This document shows positions 1-9,465 of a DNA stretch of 64,000 nucleotides, in pieces (the first letter of the stretch is position 1; each line of letters opens with the position of its first letter). The notes beneath the pieces were generated by a model. That model searched no databases and was not told the DNA's origin. It saw only the letters and a program-made list of their open reading frames with translations. The DNA lies in assembly GCA_963663965.2 (NCBI GenBank), contig CAXXFK010000030.1, positions 64,001 to 128,000 on the forward strand, written 5' to 3'. The DNA is from Sedimentisphaerales bacterium. GTDB taxonomy: Bacteria > Planctomycetota > Phycisphaerae > Sedimentisphaerales > SM23-30. The translations under genes and the position numbers were made by a program.

Positions 1-270
1 ATCGGCTTTATCGGTTTTGACCGCTTCAAGAAAGATGATTTTGTTGCCCCAGACAACCGGGGTTGAGTTGGAGCCATCCCCTTTCAGGGCTACCTTCCAT
101 TTGATATTTTCTGATTCGCTCCATTTAACGGGAGGATTGCCATCGGGCGAAACACCCGACAGTCCTATGCCACGCCAGGTTGGCCAGTTGGCCTGGGCCA
201 GGACCGACGAGGTGAAAATTGCCAGTATCATTAGTGGCAGGTAAGGGGTGAGTTTGATGCGGACATTCAT
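1..270 (-). CDS. PQQ-like beta-propeller (BamB-like) secreted protein, N-terminal part (runs off window)
   Basis: Hand translation from ATG at 270 with AGGAG RBS: MNVRIKLTPYLPLMILAIFTSSVLAQANWPTWRG...PPVKWSESENIKWKVAL.G.G.STPVVWGNKI; signal peptide plus WPxWRG/NIKWK motifs of planctomycete PQQ-repeat proteins; absent from ORF track. Confidence 0.8.
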   Translation of the reverse strand, partial: MNVRIKLTPYLPLMILAIFTSSVLAQANWPTWRGIGLSGVSPDGNPPVKWSESENIKWKVALKGDGSNSTPVVWGNKIIFLEAVKTDKAD

Positions 271-774
271 AGAAGCTCCTGAAGTATGTGTATGTGGCCA
301 GACCTTTGCTGTCTCGGCCGGGGTTTAACTCTCATAATTATAACGGCCGATAACAGAAATGCCTGCGTTAAAATCCTCGGCAAACAGGGCAGCCCAGCAA
401 GAGGGTTCAATTCTCCAGCTGTGGCCAAATATCAATCATGGGTACCGGGTATCTTTATGTATCTATTAAATAAGGGATTATGGTTATTTTGATCTGTGTC
501 AACCCAATAATAAACACTGTGTATAGTAAAAGGTTGGGTTTGATGAAAGGGTGAAATTTTTAGAAATTTTGAAGAAAAGTGATAATGTTTTGATTTTAGC
601 GGTTATGAGGAAATATAATCTAGGATAAATGATCGCAGGAATATCATAAGGTCAATATGATGATTAATCCCGCGGTTTTCCTAATTTGATTTATATCATG
701 TAGAAACATCCCGGGATGCGGGTGTTATTTAATTGATGCACTTTTAATTTAATCAATAGTTATGGAGGCAAAAC

Positions 775-2454
775 ATGCGACAGTTGATGGGTGTGTTCAT
801 TGTGGTGATTATTGCATTGACGGCGGGACTGGGTCTGGGGGCGGAAGCGGCAGCATCCAAGGCGCTTACGGTTAGTGATCCAACCATTCCGGTAGAAGAT
901 CTGGAGTTATTGCTCAAGCCGTTACGGAAAGAGCAACTGGTCATTGAAGCGGAGGCCTGGTTTCAACTTCTGGAGGATAAGGTTCGTCAGATTGGTTTGA
1001 CAGAGATTGGAGTAAAGAACACGAACCGTGATATTTCCAAGACGAAGGATGAGGCCAAAGATAAGATCGAGCAAATTAAAAAAGAACCGTCCGCGCCTGA
1101 GCAAGGAGCGGAGGCGCCGTCGACAGAACCCAAGGTAGAAGCAGAGCTTCAGAAAAGTGTCGAAGCGCTGAAGACGAAATCGGAAGAAGTTGACCAGAAA
1201 GTTCGCGAAGTCACACAGGCAGTCGTTGAGAATGCGGCGAATGGCAAAGATCAGGAATTGCGCGCATCGGATAAAGAGGTGATGCAGAGCGCCGAAGAGG
1301 TGGAGGCGGTCAAAGCCAAACTGGACGAAGCTGCCGAGCAGTTGGAGCAGGCGGATGTCAAGCTGGAGGACAAGGTCAAGCAAATTGCAGATGTGCAGGT
1401 TGAGTTACATACCAAGATGAAAGAGCATCTGCTGGCCAGTCTGAACAAATTACGGGAAGAGCAGACGTCCCTGGTGGATCGATGTAATACGGTTATCCAG
1501 GCCTTGAAGAGCAAGGGCGGCGACATCGGAGAGTACGAAAAGTATATCGCCGCGGTCACCGGTATTAAAGTGGACGTGAAGGATGTGAGCGCGACGAAGT
1601 CGCTGGTGGTTGGCTGGCTGAAATCCCCGGAGGGCGGCATTCGTTGGGGCTGGAATATTGTTTCGTTTATTTTGATTATCATTGCGTTCAGGATTCTTTC
1701 GGTATTTCTGGGCGGCATGACGCGTCACGCGATGAAGATTCATAAAGGCAGTTCCGGACTGCTGAAGGAGTTTTTTGGCAATACCGTATCCAAGGTGACG
1801 ATGATCATTGGCTTTGTAGTGGCGATGTCGATGCTGGGCATCAATATCGGGCCGCTGGTGGCCGGTATTGGGGCGATTGGTTTTATTATTGGTTTTGCTT
1901 TGCAAGGCACCCTGAACAATTTTGCGGCGGGGATTATGATTTTAATGCACCGTCCGTATGATGTGGGCGATGTAGTAACCGCCGGCGGCGTAACGGGTAA
2001 AGTGGTATCGATGAATTTGAATACCACCACGATAACAACCTTTGATAATCAGATCGTGGTCGTACCCAATGGATCGATCTGGGGCGGCGTGATTACGAAT
2101 ATCACCGGCAGCAGTACCCGTCGAGTAGATATGAAGTTCGGCATCAGTTACAGTGACGATCTGGACAAGACCCAGGCGGTTCTGGAACAGATAGTCAAAT
2201 CGCATCCTCTGGTGCTGGCCGATCCCGAGCCGGTGATCCGTATGCATGAACTGGGTGATTCGTCGGTGAATTTCATCTGCCGACCGTGGAGCAAGACCGC
2301 GGATTACTGGACCGTTTACTGGGATATCACCAAAGCAGTAAAAGAACAGTTCGATCAGCAGGACATCTCGATTCCGTTTCCGCAGCGCGATGTTCATATT
2401 TATCATACTGGAACGGATGTTTCAGGCAAGGCGGCCCATGCCGGCCAGGACTGA
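775..2454 (+). CDS. MscS-family mechanosensitive channel with long N-terminal coiled-coil region
   Basis: Signal peptide, three TM helices, GFALQGTLNNFAAG, RPYDVGD, VPNG, RRVD, ISIPFPQRDVH motifs. Confidence 0.93.
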   Translation: MRQLMGVFIVVIIALTAGLGLGAEAAASKALTVSDPTIPVEDLELLLKPLRKEQLVIEAEAWFQLLEDKVRQIGLTEIGVKNTNRDISKTKDEAKDKIEQIKKEPSAPEQGAEAPSTEPKVEAELQKSVEALKTKSEEVDQKVREVTQAVVENAANGKDQELRASDKEVMQSAEEVEAVKAKLDEAAEQLEQADVKLEDKVKQIADVQVELHTKMKEHLLASLNKLREEQTSLVDRCNTVIQALKSKGGDIGEYEKYIAAVTGIKVDVKDVSATKSLVVGWLKSPEGGIRWGWNIVSFILIIIAFRILSVFLGGMTRHAMKIHKGSSGLLKEFFGNTVSKVTMIIGFVVAMSMLGINIGPLVAGIGAIGFIIGFALQGTLNNFAAGIMILMHRPYDVGDVVTAGGVTGKVVSMNLNTTTITTFDNQIVVVPNGSIWGGVITNITGSSTRRVDMKFGISYSDDLDKTQAVLEQIVKSHPLVLADPEPVIRMHELGDSSVNFICRPWSKTADYWTVYWDITKAVKEQFDQQDISIPFPQRDVHIYHTGTDVSGKAAHAGQD

Positions 2455-2523
2455 AGATCCGGTGTGATAAGGGGCGGTCTTTGTTTAAGGGCCGATAATT
2501 AATGAAATAGTTAAAGCCAACAC

Positions 2524-2554
2524 GGGCACCTTAAAATCTGTTTTTGAGGTGCCC
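2524..2554. terminator. hairpin downstream of mscS-like gene
   Basis: GGGCACCT...AGGTGCCC inverted repeat; no clear U-tract. Confidence 0.4.
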
Positions 2555-3146
2555 ATAATATTTAATACGAGGTTTAACCCTGGCGGATTTTAAAACGCGG
2601 GCAAAAGGATATTTGAGCGATAACTTGTTTTAAAGGCCATAGTAATAAGCCGGCCACAACGTTGAATCCAATAAAGAGAGAGAGTGAATTATTATTTATC
2701 TTATGGCAAGTCATGGTCAAGTCGAAACAAGTTACGTGCCACCGGATTTTCCGTGATGCGGTGTTGCCCGGGGATACGGGCATTGTATCCATTCACGGGA
2801 AACTCCTTTGTTGGAGATAAGATCTAAAACCGGCACATTAAAAATCTGGTGGATTGAGCCGTGTGATTTGAGCCAAGAGAGAGAAGAGATGAAAAGTGAA
2901 TCTGGAATAAGCGGGACCGGGAGAGAACGATGGCGGGCGGGTATTCATCGTTGCCGTTTGAGTTATGCGAGCAGACCGATCATTCTCGGGAACGGGTCCG
3001 GAATTCCAGCACGAATCAACAGGGTGACGTTAAACGATTTGAAATTCGGGGAGATGGTTTAGTACATTGAGGCTTACGGTGTTGATGGTTTCTGCGACCG
3101 GTGATCGCCGGATTACGGCAATCAATCAGGCCAGAAAGAGGTAACA

Positions 3147-3659
3147 ATGGCACAGAGAACGATATTTGCAAGCATTTCAGAGCGTGCCAGTATGGATGGA
3201 CAATATTTAACCTTTGCACTGGGCCGGGAAGAGTATGGCCTGGAGATCATGAAAGTTCGAGAGATTATCGGGTACATGGAGATTACCCAGATCCCCCAGG
3301 CGAGAGATTATGTTCGAGGGGTGATCAATCTGCGGGGCCAGGTCATTGGGGTGATTGATTTGCGAACCCGATTCGGCATGGCGGCAATCGATCCAACGGA
3401 ACAGACCTGTATTATTGTTGTTGAAATTCAATTCGGCGCGGGATGTCTGAGTATCGGGATTATCGTTGACCGGGTATTGGAAGTTCTGGATATTGGCGCG
3501 GATCAGATAGAGCCGGCGCCAGCGCTGGGCAAACACGGCGAGACCGATTTCATTCTGGGTATGGGCAAACTGGGCGACCGGGTGAAGCTATTGCTGGATA
3601 TTGACAAGGTGCTCACCGAGGGTGAGTTGACAGAAATTGCAGAACAGAAACAGGAGTAA
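3147..3659 (+). CDS. cheW: chemotaxis coupling protein CheW
   Basis: QYLTFALGREEYG, VRGVINLRGQVI.VIDLR..FG, GIIVDRV.EV, LLLDIDKVL. Confidence 0.95.
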   Translation: MAQRTIFASISERASMDGQYLTFALGREEYGLEIMKVREIIGYMEITQIPQARDYVRGVINLRGQVIGVIDLRTRFGMAAIDPTEQTCIIVVEIQFGAGCLSIGIIVDRVLEVLDIGADQIEPAPALGKHGETDFILGMGKLGDRVKLLLDIDKVLTEGELTEIAEQKQE

Positions 3660-3686
3660 TCGATCCAAATCTTGAAAGGGAATGGC

Positions 3687-5693
3687 ATGTTCAAAAAAAT
3701 GAAACTCAGCGTTAAGTTGATCTCATCCTTTTTGCTGGTATGTGTGATCACAACGATCATCGGCCTGGTAGGGGTATGGGGGTTGCGGGATGTCAGTCGG
3801 GATGTTGTCGAAATTGCTGATGGCAGTCTGCCCGCCATACAGAATCTGGAAATTATTAAGGAGAAACTGGAGCGGCTGAAGGCGTCACAGCGAACCCTGC
3901 TGAATCCCAACCTGACTCAGGATCAACGCCAGGAACAGTATGTCAATATTGACAAGGCCCGTGAAGACTATCAGAAGGCATGGGCGGTTTATGAGGCGTT
4001 GCCCAGAGCTGAGGAGGAAGATCGTCTCTGGCAAGAGTTTGTCACTCATGTCGGGACGTGGAAACAGGAAAATCTGAAATTTATGGACATGTGCCGTCTG
4101 CTGGATGAAAAAGACATTCTCAATCCAGACGCGCTGAAAGAGCGTATCGAGGGTTTTCGAGGAGACCATTATAAGGTAATGGCCGCGATTGGCCAGATGC
4201 TTCAGGACAAGCAAGTCTTTGAGGGGGGAGAAGACCATACGTTATGCAATTACGGTCAATGGGTGTCCACCTTCAGCAGCCGGAATCCGGCATTAACCAG
4301 TTCGATACAAAAAAGCCTGAGTTCGCATGAGGTGTTTCATGAACAGGTTAAGGAGATCAAGGCCCTGATTCGTCAGAATAATCTGGCGGAAGCCCAAAGC
4401 GTGTATCAGGAGATGACCAACGCGGCGAATGAGGTGTTTAATTGTTTTCGGGATATCCGCAATGAAATCTCTCAGGCCCAGGATTTATATCGTCAGATCA
4501 ATCAACAGACCATGGTCGTCTGTCGGGATATTCAAAAACAGGCTTTTGCCAAGCTGGACCGGATTATTGAGATAAGTGATTCGCAAGCGTATGAAGCCGG
4601 AGAATCCTCCAAACAGACGGCCTCGACCAGCACACTCACCATGATCATCTCGCTGGTAGTCGGCGTGGCGACTTCGATCCTGATGGGTGTCTTTCTGGCA
4701 TTGAGTATAACGCGGCCAATCAACGCCATTATCCGGGACATGACGGCAGGTGCGGAGCAGGTTGCCTCTGCTTCGGGGCAGGTGTCATCGGCATCGCAAT
4801 CGCTGGCGGAAGGGTCAACCGAGCAGGCGGCGGGCCTGGAAGAAACGTCCAGCAGCCTGGAAGAGATGGCTTCAATGACGCGACGGAACTCTGATAATGC
4901 CGAGCAGTGTAATACCATGATGCAAGATGAGGCGGCCGTAATCTCTAAAGAGGTCGCCGAAGCCAACCACCAGATGGCCGGGGCCATGGCGCGCTCGGTT
5001 GAATTTGGCCGGCAGACCGGTCATATTATCAAGACGATCGATGAGATCGCTTTTCAGACGAATTTACTGGCCTTGAATGCCGCGGTGGAAGCGGCGCGGG
5101 CCGGTGAAGCCGGCAAGGGATTCGCCGTGGTTGCCGAAGAAGTACGAAATCTGGCGATGCGCGCTGCCAGCGCCGCCAAGGAGACCGGTGACCTGATCGG
5201 ACAATCGAATTCTCAGATCGACCAGGCTTCCAATCTGCACAACAAAGTGCACGGCCTGCTTGAAAAGAATACTGAGATTGGCCAGAAAGTGGCGATTATG
5301 GTCAACGAGATCTACCAATCCAGCCGGGAACAGGCCCAGGGGATCGAGCAGATCAATACCGCGATGAGCCAGATGGACAAGGTGACACAACAGAACGCGG
5401 CCAACGCGGAAGAATCTGCCAGCGCTTCTGAAGAACTGAACGCCCAGGCGGCGCAGATGCACCAGATTGTCGAGGAACTGGCCGCCCTGGTGGGCGGAAA
5501 CCGAGCCGGATCAGGCAACCTGATACGCCCTGAAATCCGAACAAGCGCCGGGGCCGGCAATAAAGCTCGTATGGGACTGAGTGATCAGGCGTATCATCAA
5601 ATTGCCAAGGGGAAGAAACCGATGTCGTCGACAGTTAATCCGGAATCAGTGATTCCGATGGGCAAGGGATCATTTAATGAATTCAATGGATGA
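3687..5693 (+). CDS. methyl-accepting chemotaxis protein with four-helix-bundle sensor containing a CZB-like insert
   Basis: Two TM helices; [40 protein letters not shown] signalling hairpin; DH...[10 protein letters not shown]...HEVFH zinc-binding signature between the TMs. Confidence 0.93.
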   Translation: MFKKMKLSVKLISSFLLVCVITTIIGLVGVWGLRDVSRDVVEIADGSLPAIQNLEIIKEKLERLKASQRTLLNPNLTQDQRQEQYVNIDKAREDYQKAWAVYEALPRAEEEDRLWQEFVTHVGTWKQENLKFMDMCRLLDEKDILNPDALKERIEGFRGDHYKVMAAIGQMLQDKQVFEGGEDHTLCNYGQWVSTFSSRNPALTSSIQKSLSSHEVFHEQVKEIKALIRQNNLAEAQSVYQEMTNAANEVFNCFRDIRNEISQAQDLYRQINQQTMVVCRDIQKQAFAKLDRIIEISDSQAYEAGESSKQTASTSTLTMIISLVVGVATSILMGVFLALSITRPINAIIRDMTAGAEQVASASGQVSSASQSLAEGSTEQAAGLEETSSSLEEMASMTRRNSDNAEQCNTMMQDEAAVISKEVAEANHQMAGAMARSVEFGRQTGHIIKTIDEIAFQTNLLALNAAVEAARAGEAGKGFAVVAEEVRNLAMRAASAAKETGDLIGQSNSQIDQASNLHNKVHGLLEKNTEIGQKVAIMVNEIYQSSREQAQGIEQINTAMSQMDKVTQQNAANAEESASASEELNAQAAQMHQIVEELAALVGGNRAGSGNLIRPEIRTSAGAGNKARMGLSDQAYHQIAKGKKPMSSTVNPESVIPMGKGSFNEFNG

Positions 5694-5720
5694 TTTCGAT
5701 CGTTGAATGAGGTATCATCG

Positions 5721-5754
5721 AACCGGCGTATTTTTAAAATACGTCGGTTTTTTA
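5721..5754. terminator. intrinsic terminator between convergent genes
   Basis: AACCGGCGTATTT / AAATACGTCGGTT stem followed by T-tract. Confidence 0.75.
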
Positions 5755-8388
5755 TTGGGATTCATTGCCGGATGGTTTGGAATCTGATGGTTTAATGGAG
5801 TCGATAAATTCGCGGAACCAGGGTTTGTCTTTCATGGCGGCCAGGTCCGGGTCCTGTTCGATATAATCCGCATCGATGCTTCGCGTTTTTGTTGTGGAAT
5901 TTTTCAGATTGGCAAGGCATTTGGCCTCGTCGCCCAGCAAGGCATAAACACAAGCGAGATTGTAGGCGGCCCCCCCCAGTTTTTCGGTTAGCTGATCGAT
6001 GCGCAAGAAAAGTTGTTCGGCTTGTTGCAGGCAATAGCGGCGCTGGTCGCCATCCAGTTGATGAGCCTGGTTGATATAATCGCAGCCAACCACGGTAAGC
6101 AATATTTCGTCCTGGGGCGCGACATTTAAAGCGACCCGGCATATATCGGCGGCAAGCTTGCGTTCGGGGCTGTTCTGGTTGTATCGCGTATCCGTGAAAT
6201 ACGTATAGTAGAGCGCGTAGGCATAGCCGGTGGCGGCTCCAGGCAAGGTAGGACGGTATTCATAGGCTTTGCGATAGCTGGCGACGCTTTGTTCGAGCAG
6301 GGTTATTTTCTGGTCTCGTTGGGAATAGCTGAGCCGCAGGGCTGTTTGCCCCAAACCGATAAGCGCGTCCACACTCCAGGGCCCCAGTTCGACAGCCCGT
6401 TCAAAGGCCTTGTGGGCTTCCTGGTGCAGAGAGATATTCTGATTGGGATCGTTGGAATTGGCCAGCTGGATCGCCGACCAGGCCAGCATGTTATAGCCGT
6501 CGAACCCATCAGGATTGACTTCGACCGCCTGGCGGTAATAATCCAGCGCCTGGCGGAAATCTTTTTTTGCCAGGCAATCATCCCCCAGCGCCTGCCACTG
6601 GGTAGCGAGTTCTTCAGGATCGCCGGGTTCGATTTGAATTCCGCCAAGAGCATTGTTTTGTGCCTGATTGTTGTTTTCGAGAGTTGCTTCGGCCCCGGCC
6701 CAGGCGATAATGCCCCAGGCGCCGTTATCATTGGCGGAGTTATCGGTCAAGTTAGCGGAACTGCGAATACCACGCAGGCCGATACCGGCCCAGCGGTTGT
6801 TGTGGCACTGATTGTTATGTATAACAGCCACAGAACTTTTTTGTATTAATATCCCACTATAATTATTGTATTCACAAAAATTATTAACTAGTTGGATGTC
6901 TTTAGATTCTTCATTAACTAAAATACCATCCATTTGATTCTGCTGACATTGGTTCGATTTCACAATTATTTCCAATGAGTGGTGGACATTGATCCCATTT
7001 TCAGTATTGTTCGAGCAGGTATTATTGCTAATCTGAAAATTTGCACTATCAACACAATCGATACCTCGACATTTACTCTCACAATAATTCCCTGTGACAT
7101 CTCCCCCTTGTTTACACCTTTTGATATAGATTGATGGCTGATTGGAATTTTCTATATGGTTATTAGTGATGGAACAACTTGTGCAGCTTAAGTTCTCAAG
7201 AGCGATCCCACAACGATTTGGATTCATGCAAGTATTATGGCGGATTGCTAATGTCTTTGTGATTTCGACAATTTGCATGTCATCATAACCGTTGTTTTTA
7301 AGTTGATTATGATTTATCTCTAAATTTTTGATTCCTTTAATATAAATACCGTTTTCGCCGTTATTTTCAATGACATTATTCGCACAAAGCAGTTTTTCAA
7401 GGTTTGAGTTTTCAGCAACGGCCAGACCTATTTTTTTTGATCGAGCTATCTGACAATGTTCAATCTTACCTTCCAAAGCTTTCGCAATATAAATGCCATA
7501 ATCTTTGTTGTTGACACATTGGGTTTTGCTGATTTCGAATTGACCAACATTGTCACGAAAAAAAATACTGTATCCATCACAATTTTCTAGAATATTATCA
7601 GTGATAATATATCTTACCGGCGCATTGGGTTCGAATTTTTTGTAATTGGGATGGCTTGGCTCCCGGGAAATAAATAAACTTCCATGTTTGCATCCACTAA
7701 TTAGATTATTCGAGATTGTTATAGTCTGATTTGCATTGCACACGATCAAACCGGCAGTGCAATTAATAAACTTATTATTCGTTACAAATCCTTTGCAGAA
7801 TTCCAGATGAATGCCATTTGAGCTGATGTTTTGAAACGTACAATTTTCGACAATACATTCCGGAGTCCAATATGCGCTTCCCTCCATGATAGAATTTTCA
7901 AAAAGACAGTTTTTCAAGGTAAAATGTTTGCCATAACCATGAATACCTCGGTCTCCAATTTTGTTAAAATGACAATTTGAAATCTCCAGACTGCTGCCTG
8001 CGGCGTTGATAGCAGTGGTGTTTGAATTGGGATTATGATCATCATGGTTGCCAAGTCGCTGAAAGGTCAGATTGCTGAGCAGAACAACAGGACAGACATC
8101 AATCGTGAAGATATCCGGCTCGCTAATATCTTGCTGGATAATGACGCCGTCACGGCTCTCACCCTGGATATGGATTCGATCTTTTTTTGCAAGGGAGAGA
8201 AATTCAGTATAAGTTCCGTTTTTGATGTAAATCGTGTCGCCGTCAACTGCCCGATCAAGAGCTCCTTGAATAGTAGAAATGTCATCCGGAACGGTTATTA
8301 TATTGGTAGCAGATGTTTCAGACTGGACGGGTCTGGTTGCGAATATTGTTAATAAAACGGTTATCAGGGTCAGTTGGAAATGCTTCAT
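5752..8388 (-). CDS. secreted right-handed beta-helix (NosD/pectin-lyase-like) protein with C-terminal TPR repeats
   Basis: Signal peptide, VPDDISTIQGALD...GDTIYIKNGTY, many N.C..N...GI repeats, TPR-like helices and YNLACVYAL motif. Confidence 0.85.
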   Translation of the reverse strand: MKHFQLTLITVLLTIFATRPVQSETSATNIITVPDDISTIQGALDRAVDGDTIYIKNGTYTEFLSLAKKDRIHIQGESRDGVIIQQDISEPDIFTIDVCPVVLLSNLTFQRLGNHDDHNPNSNTTAINAAGSSLEISNCHFNKIGDRGIHGYGKHFTLKNCLFENSIMEGSAYWTPECIVENCTFQNISSNGIHLEFCKGFVTNNKFINCTAGLIVCNANQTITISNNLISGCKHGSLFISREPSHPNYKKFEPNAPVRYIITDNILENCDGYSIFFRDNVGQFEISKTQCVNNKDYGIYIAKALEGKIEHCQIARSKKIGLAVAENSNLEKLLCANNVIENNGENGIYIKGIKNLEINHNQLKNNGYDDMQIVEITKTLAIRHNTCMNPNRCGIALENLSCTSCSITNNHIENSNQPSIYIKRCKQGGDVTGNYCESKCRGIDCVDSANFQISNNTCSNNTENGINVHHSLEIIVKSNQCQQNQMDGILVNEESKDIQLVNNFCEYNNYSGILIQKSSVAVIHNNQCHNNRWAGIGLRGIRSSANLTDNSANDNGAWGIIAWAGAEATLENNNQAQNNALGGIQIEPGDPEELATQWQALGDDCLAKKDFRQALDYYRQAVEVNPDGFDGYNMLAWSAIQLANSNDPNQNISLHQEAHKAFERAVELGPWSVDALIGLGQTALRLSYSQRDQKITLLEQSVASYRKAYEYRPTLPGAATGYAYALYYTYFTDTRYNQNSPERKLAADICRVALNVAPQDEILLTVVGCDYINQAHQLDGDQRRYCLQQAEQLFLRIDQLTEKLGGAAYNLACVYALLGDEAKCLANLKNSTTKTRSIDADYIEQDPDLAAMKDKPWFREFIDSIKPSDSKPSGNESQ

Positions 8389-8421
8389 GATCATCACCTC
8401 TAAACAACAGATATTATCAAA

Positions 8422-9210
8422 TTAAAAGTAGTTCTGAGAAGGATCTGGTGGGAGTTCGATATCCGTACTTAATTTCATATCCCAGGGGAGTCGATTCCAA
8501 GGGCTGCCAGGTGCTTCGATCAGGCGACGATAGGCATCTCGCATACGTTCGCCGGACTTGCGGGTTTGAGTGGCGGACCAGTATTCCCGTCCGATGAGAT
8601 AATTACGACCGAGTTCTTCCCAGGAATGGTAATTGGCCTGCAGGGCCCGGGCGTAGGCCATGATGCGGGTCCAGGCTTCCTCTTCGGTGAGCCAGCCAAG
8701 CGCATAGCCCTCACGACAGAGCATAATCAGCCGGCTCAGATCCCAGGCCAGAATGCCTGCTTCGGGTACCTGATCTTTGTATTTCAAGACGACACGAAAA
8801 TCACGCAGGCTTTCGGATGTCAGGCAGTTGCGGGCCATATAGTCATTGATTTGTTCAGGCGGCAGACTTTTGACTACATTTAATATTTTTTGAAATCCGG
8901 CACGGTGTCCGCGGATTTCCATGCTGCGCAAAGAGGCCAGAAGTTCTTTGCGGCTGGTAATACCCCACCATTCATCCAGGAGTTTCTTGGTTTCCGCCAG
9001 CCCATTCTCATCGGTAATTTGTTCTTCCAATAAATCATGGCGATGGCCATTGTATTCGGCCAGGACTGCTGCGCAAGCCAGGGCCCAGGCCTGGGGGCCT
9101 TCAGTATAGGTTCTGGGCTGTTGAGATGGCCCTTGACCGGCAGTCAGGTTATTGAGAAATAAGATACCCGCAATTAGCAGGCCCGCGGCCAGAATCCACC
9201 ACTTTTTCAT
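8422..9210 (-). CDS. DUF1266-like protein
   Basis: L.EWWGI.S, AWDLSR, GYALGWLTEEEAW, SWEE...NYLIGR.YW motifs; N-terminal TM/signal. Confidence 0.8.
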   Translation of the reverse strand: MKKWWILAAGLLIAGILFLNNLTAGQGPSQQPRTYTEGPQAWALACAAVLAEYNGHRHDLLEEQITDENGLAETKKLLDEWWGITSRKELLASLRSMEIRGHRAGFQKILNVVKSLPPEQINDYMARNCLTSESLRDFRVVLKYKDQVPEAGILAWDLSRLIMLCREGYALGWLTEEEAWTRIMAYARALQANYHSWEELGRNYLIGREYWSATQTRKSGERMRDAYRRLIEAPGSPWNRLPWDMKLSTDIELPPDPSQNYF

Positions 9211-9465
9211 CCGATTGTCTCCGAAAACTGCTCGCAATTATAACATGTATACCGGACTGCCCCTTGACACCTGGAGCAGGTAAGACACTTATATAATAAA
9301 CCTGGTCTATTCGATCATCAAATTAATTTCAAAACTTTTGGGATGAATATTGGAATTTTCGGTTAATCAGTTTTTTAATCAGGATGTTCTAGTCGAATGA
9401 GAGGTTATATCTGGCAAGCGGCTGGTTTTACCTCGGGTCTGCTGGTACGGATGGTTTCTAACGGA

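Noticed and set aside
534..605. Further copy of the bipartite motif
   Set aside because: The 12-mer is only partial (TTGGGTTTGAT) and there is no TAA at the 43-bp offset.
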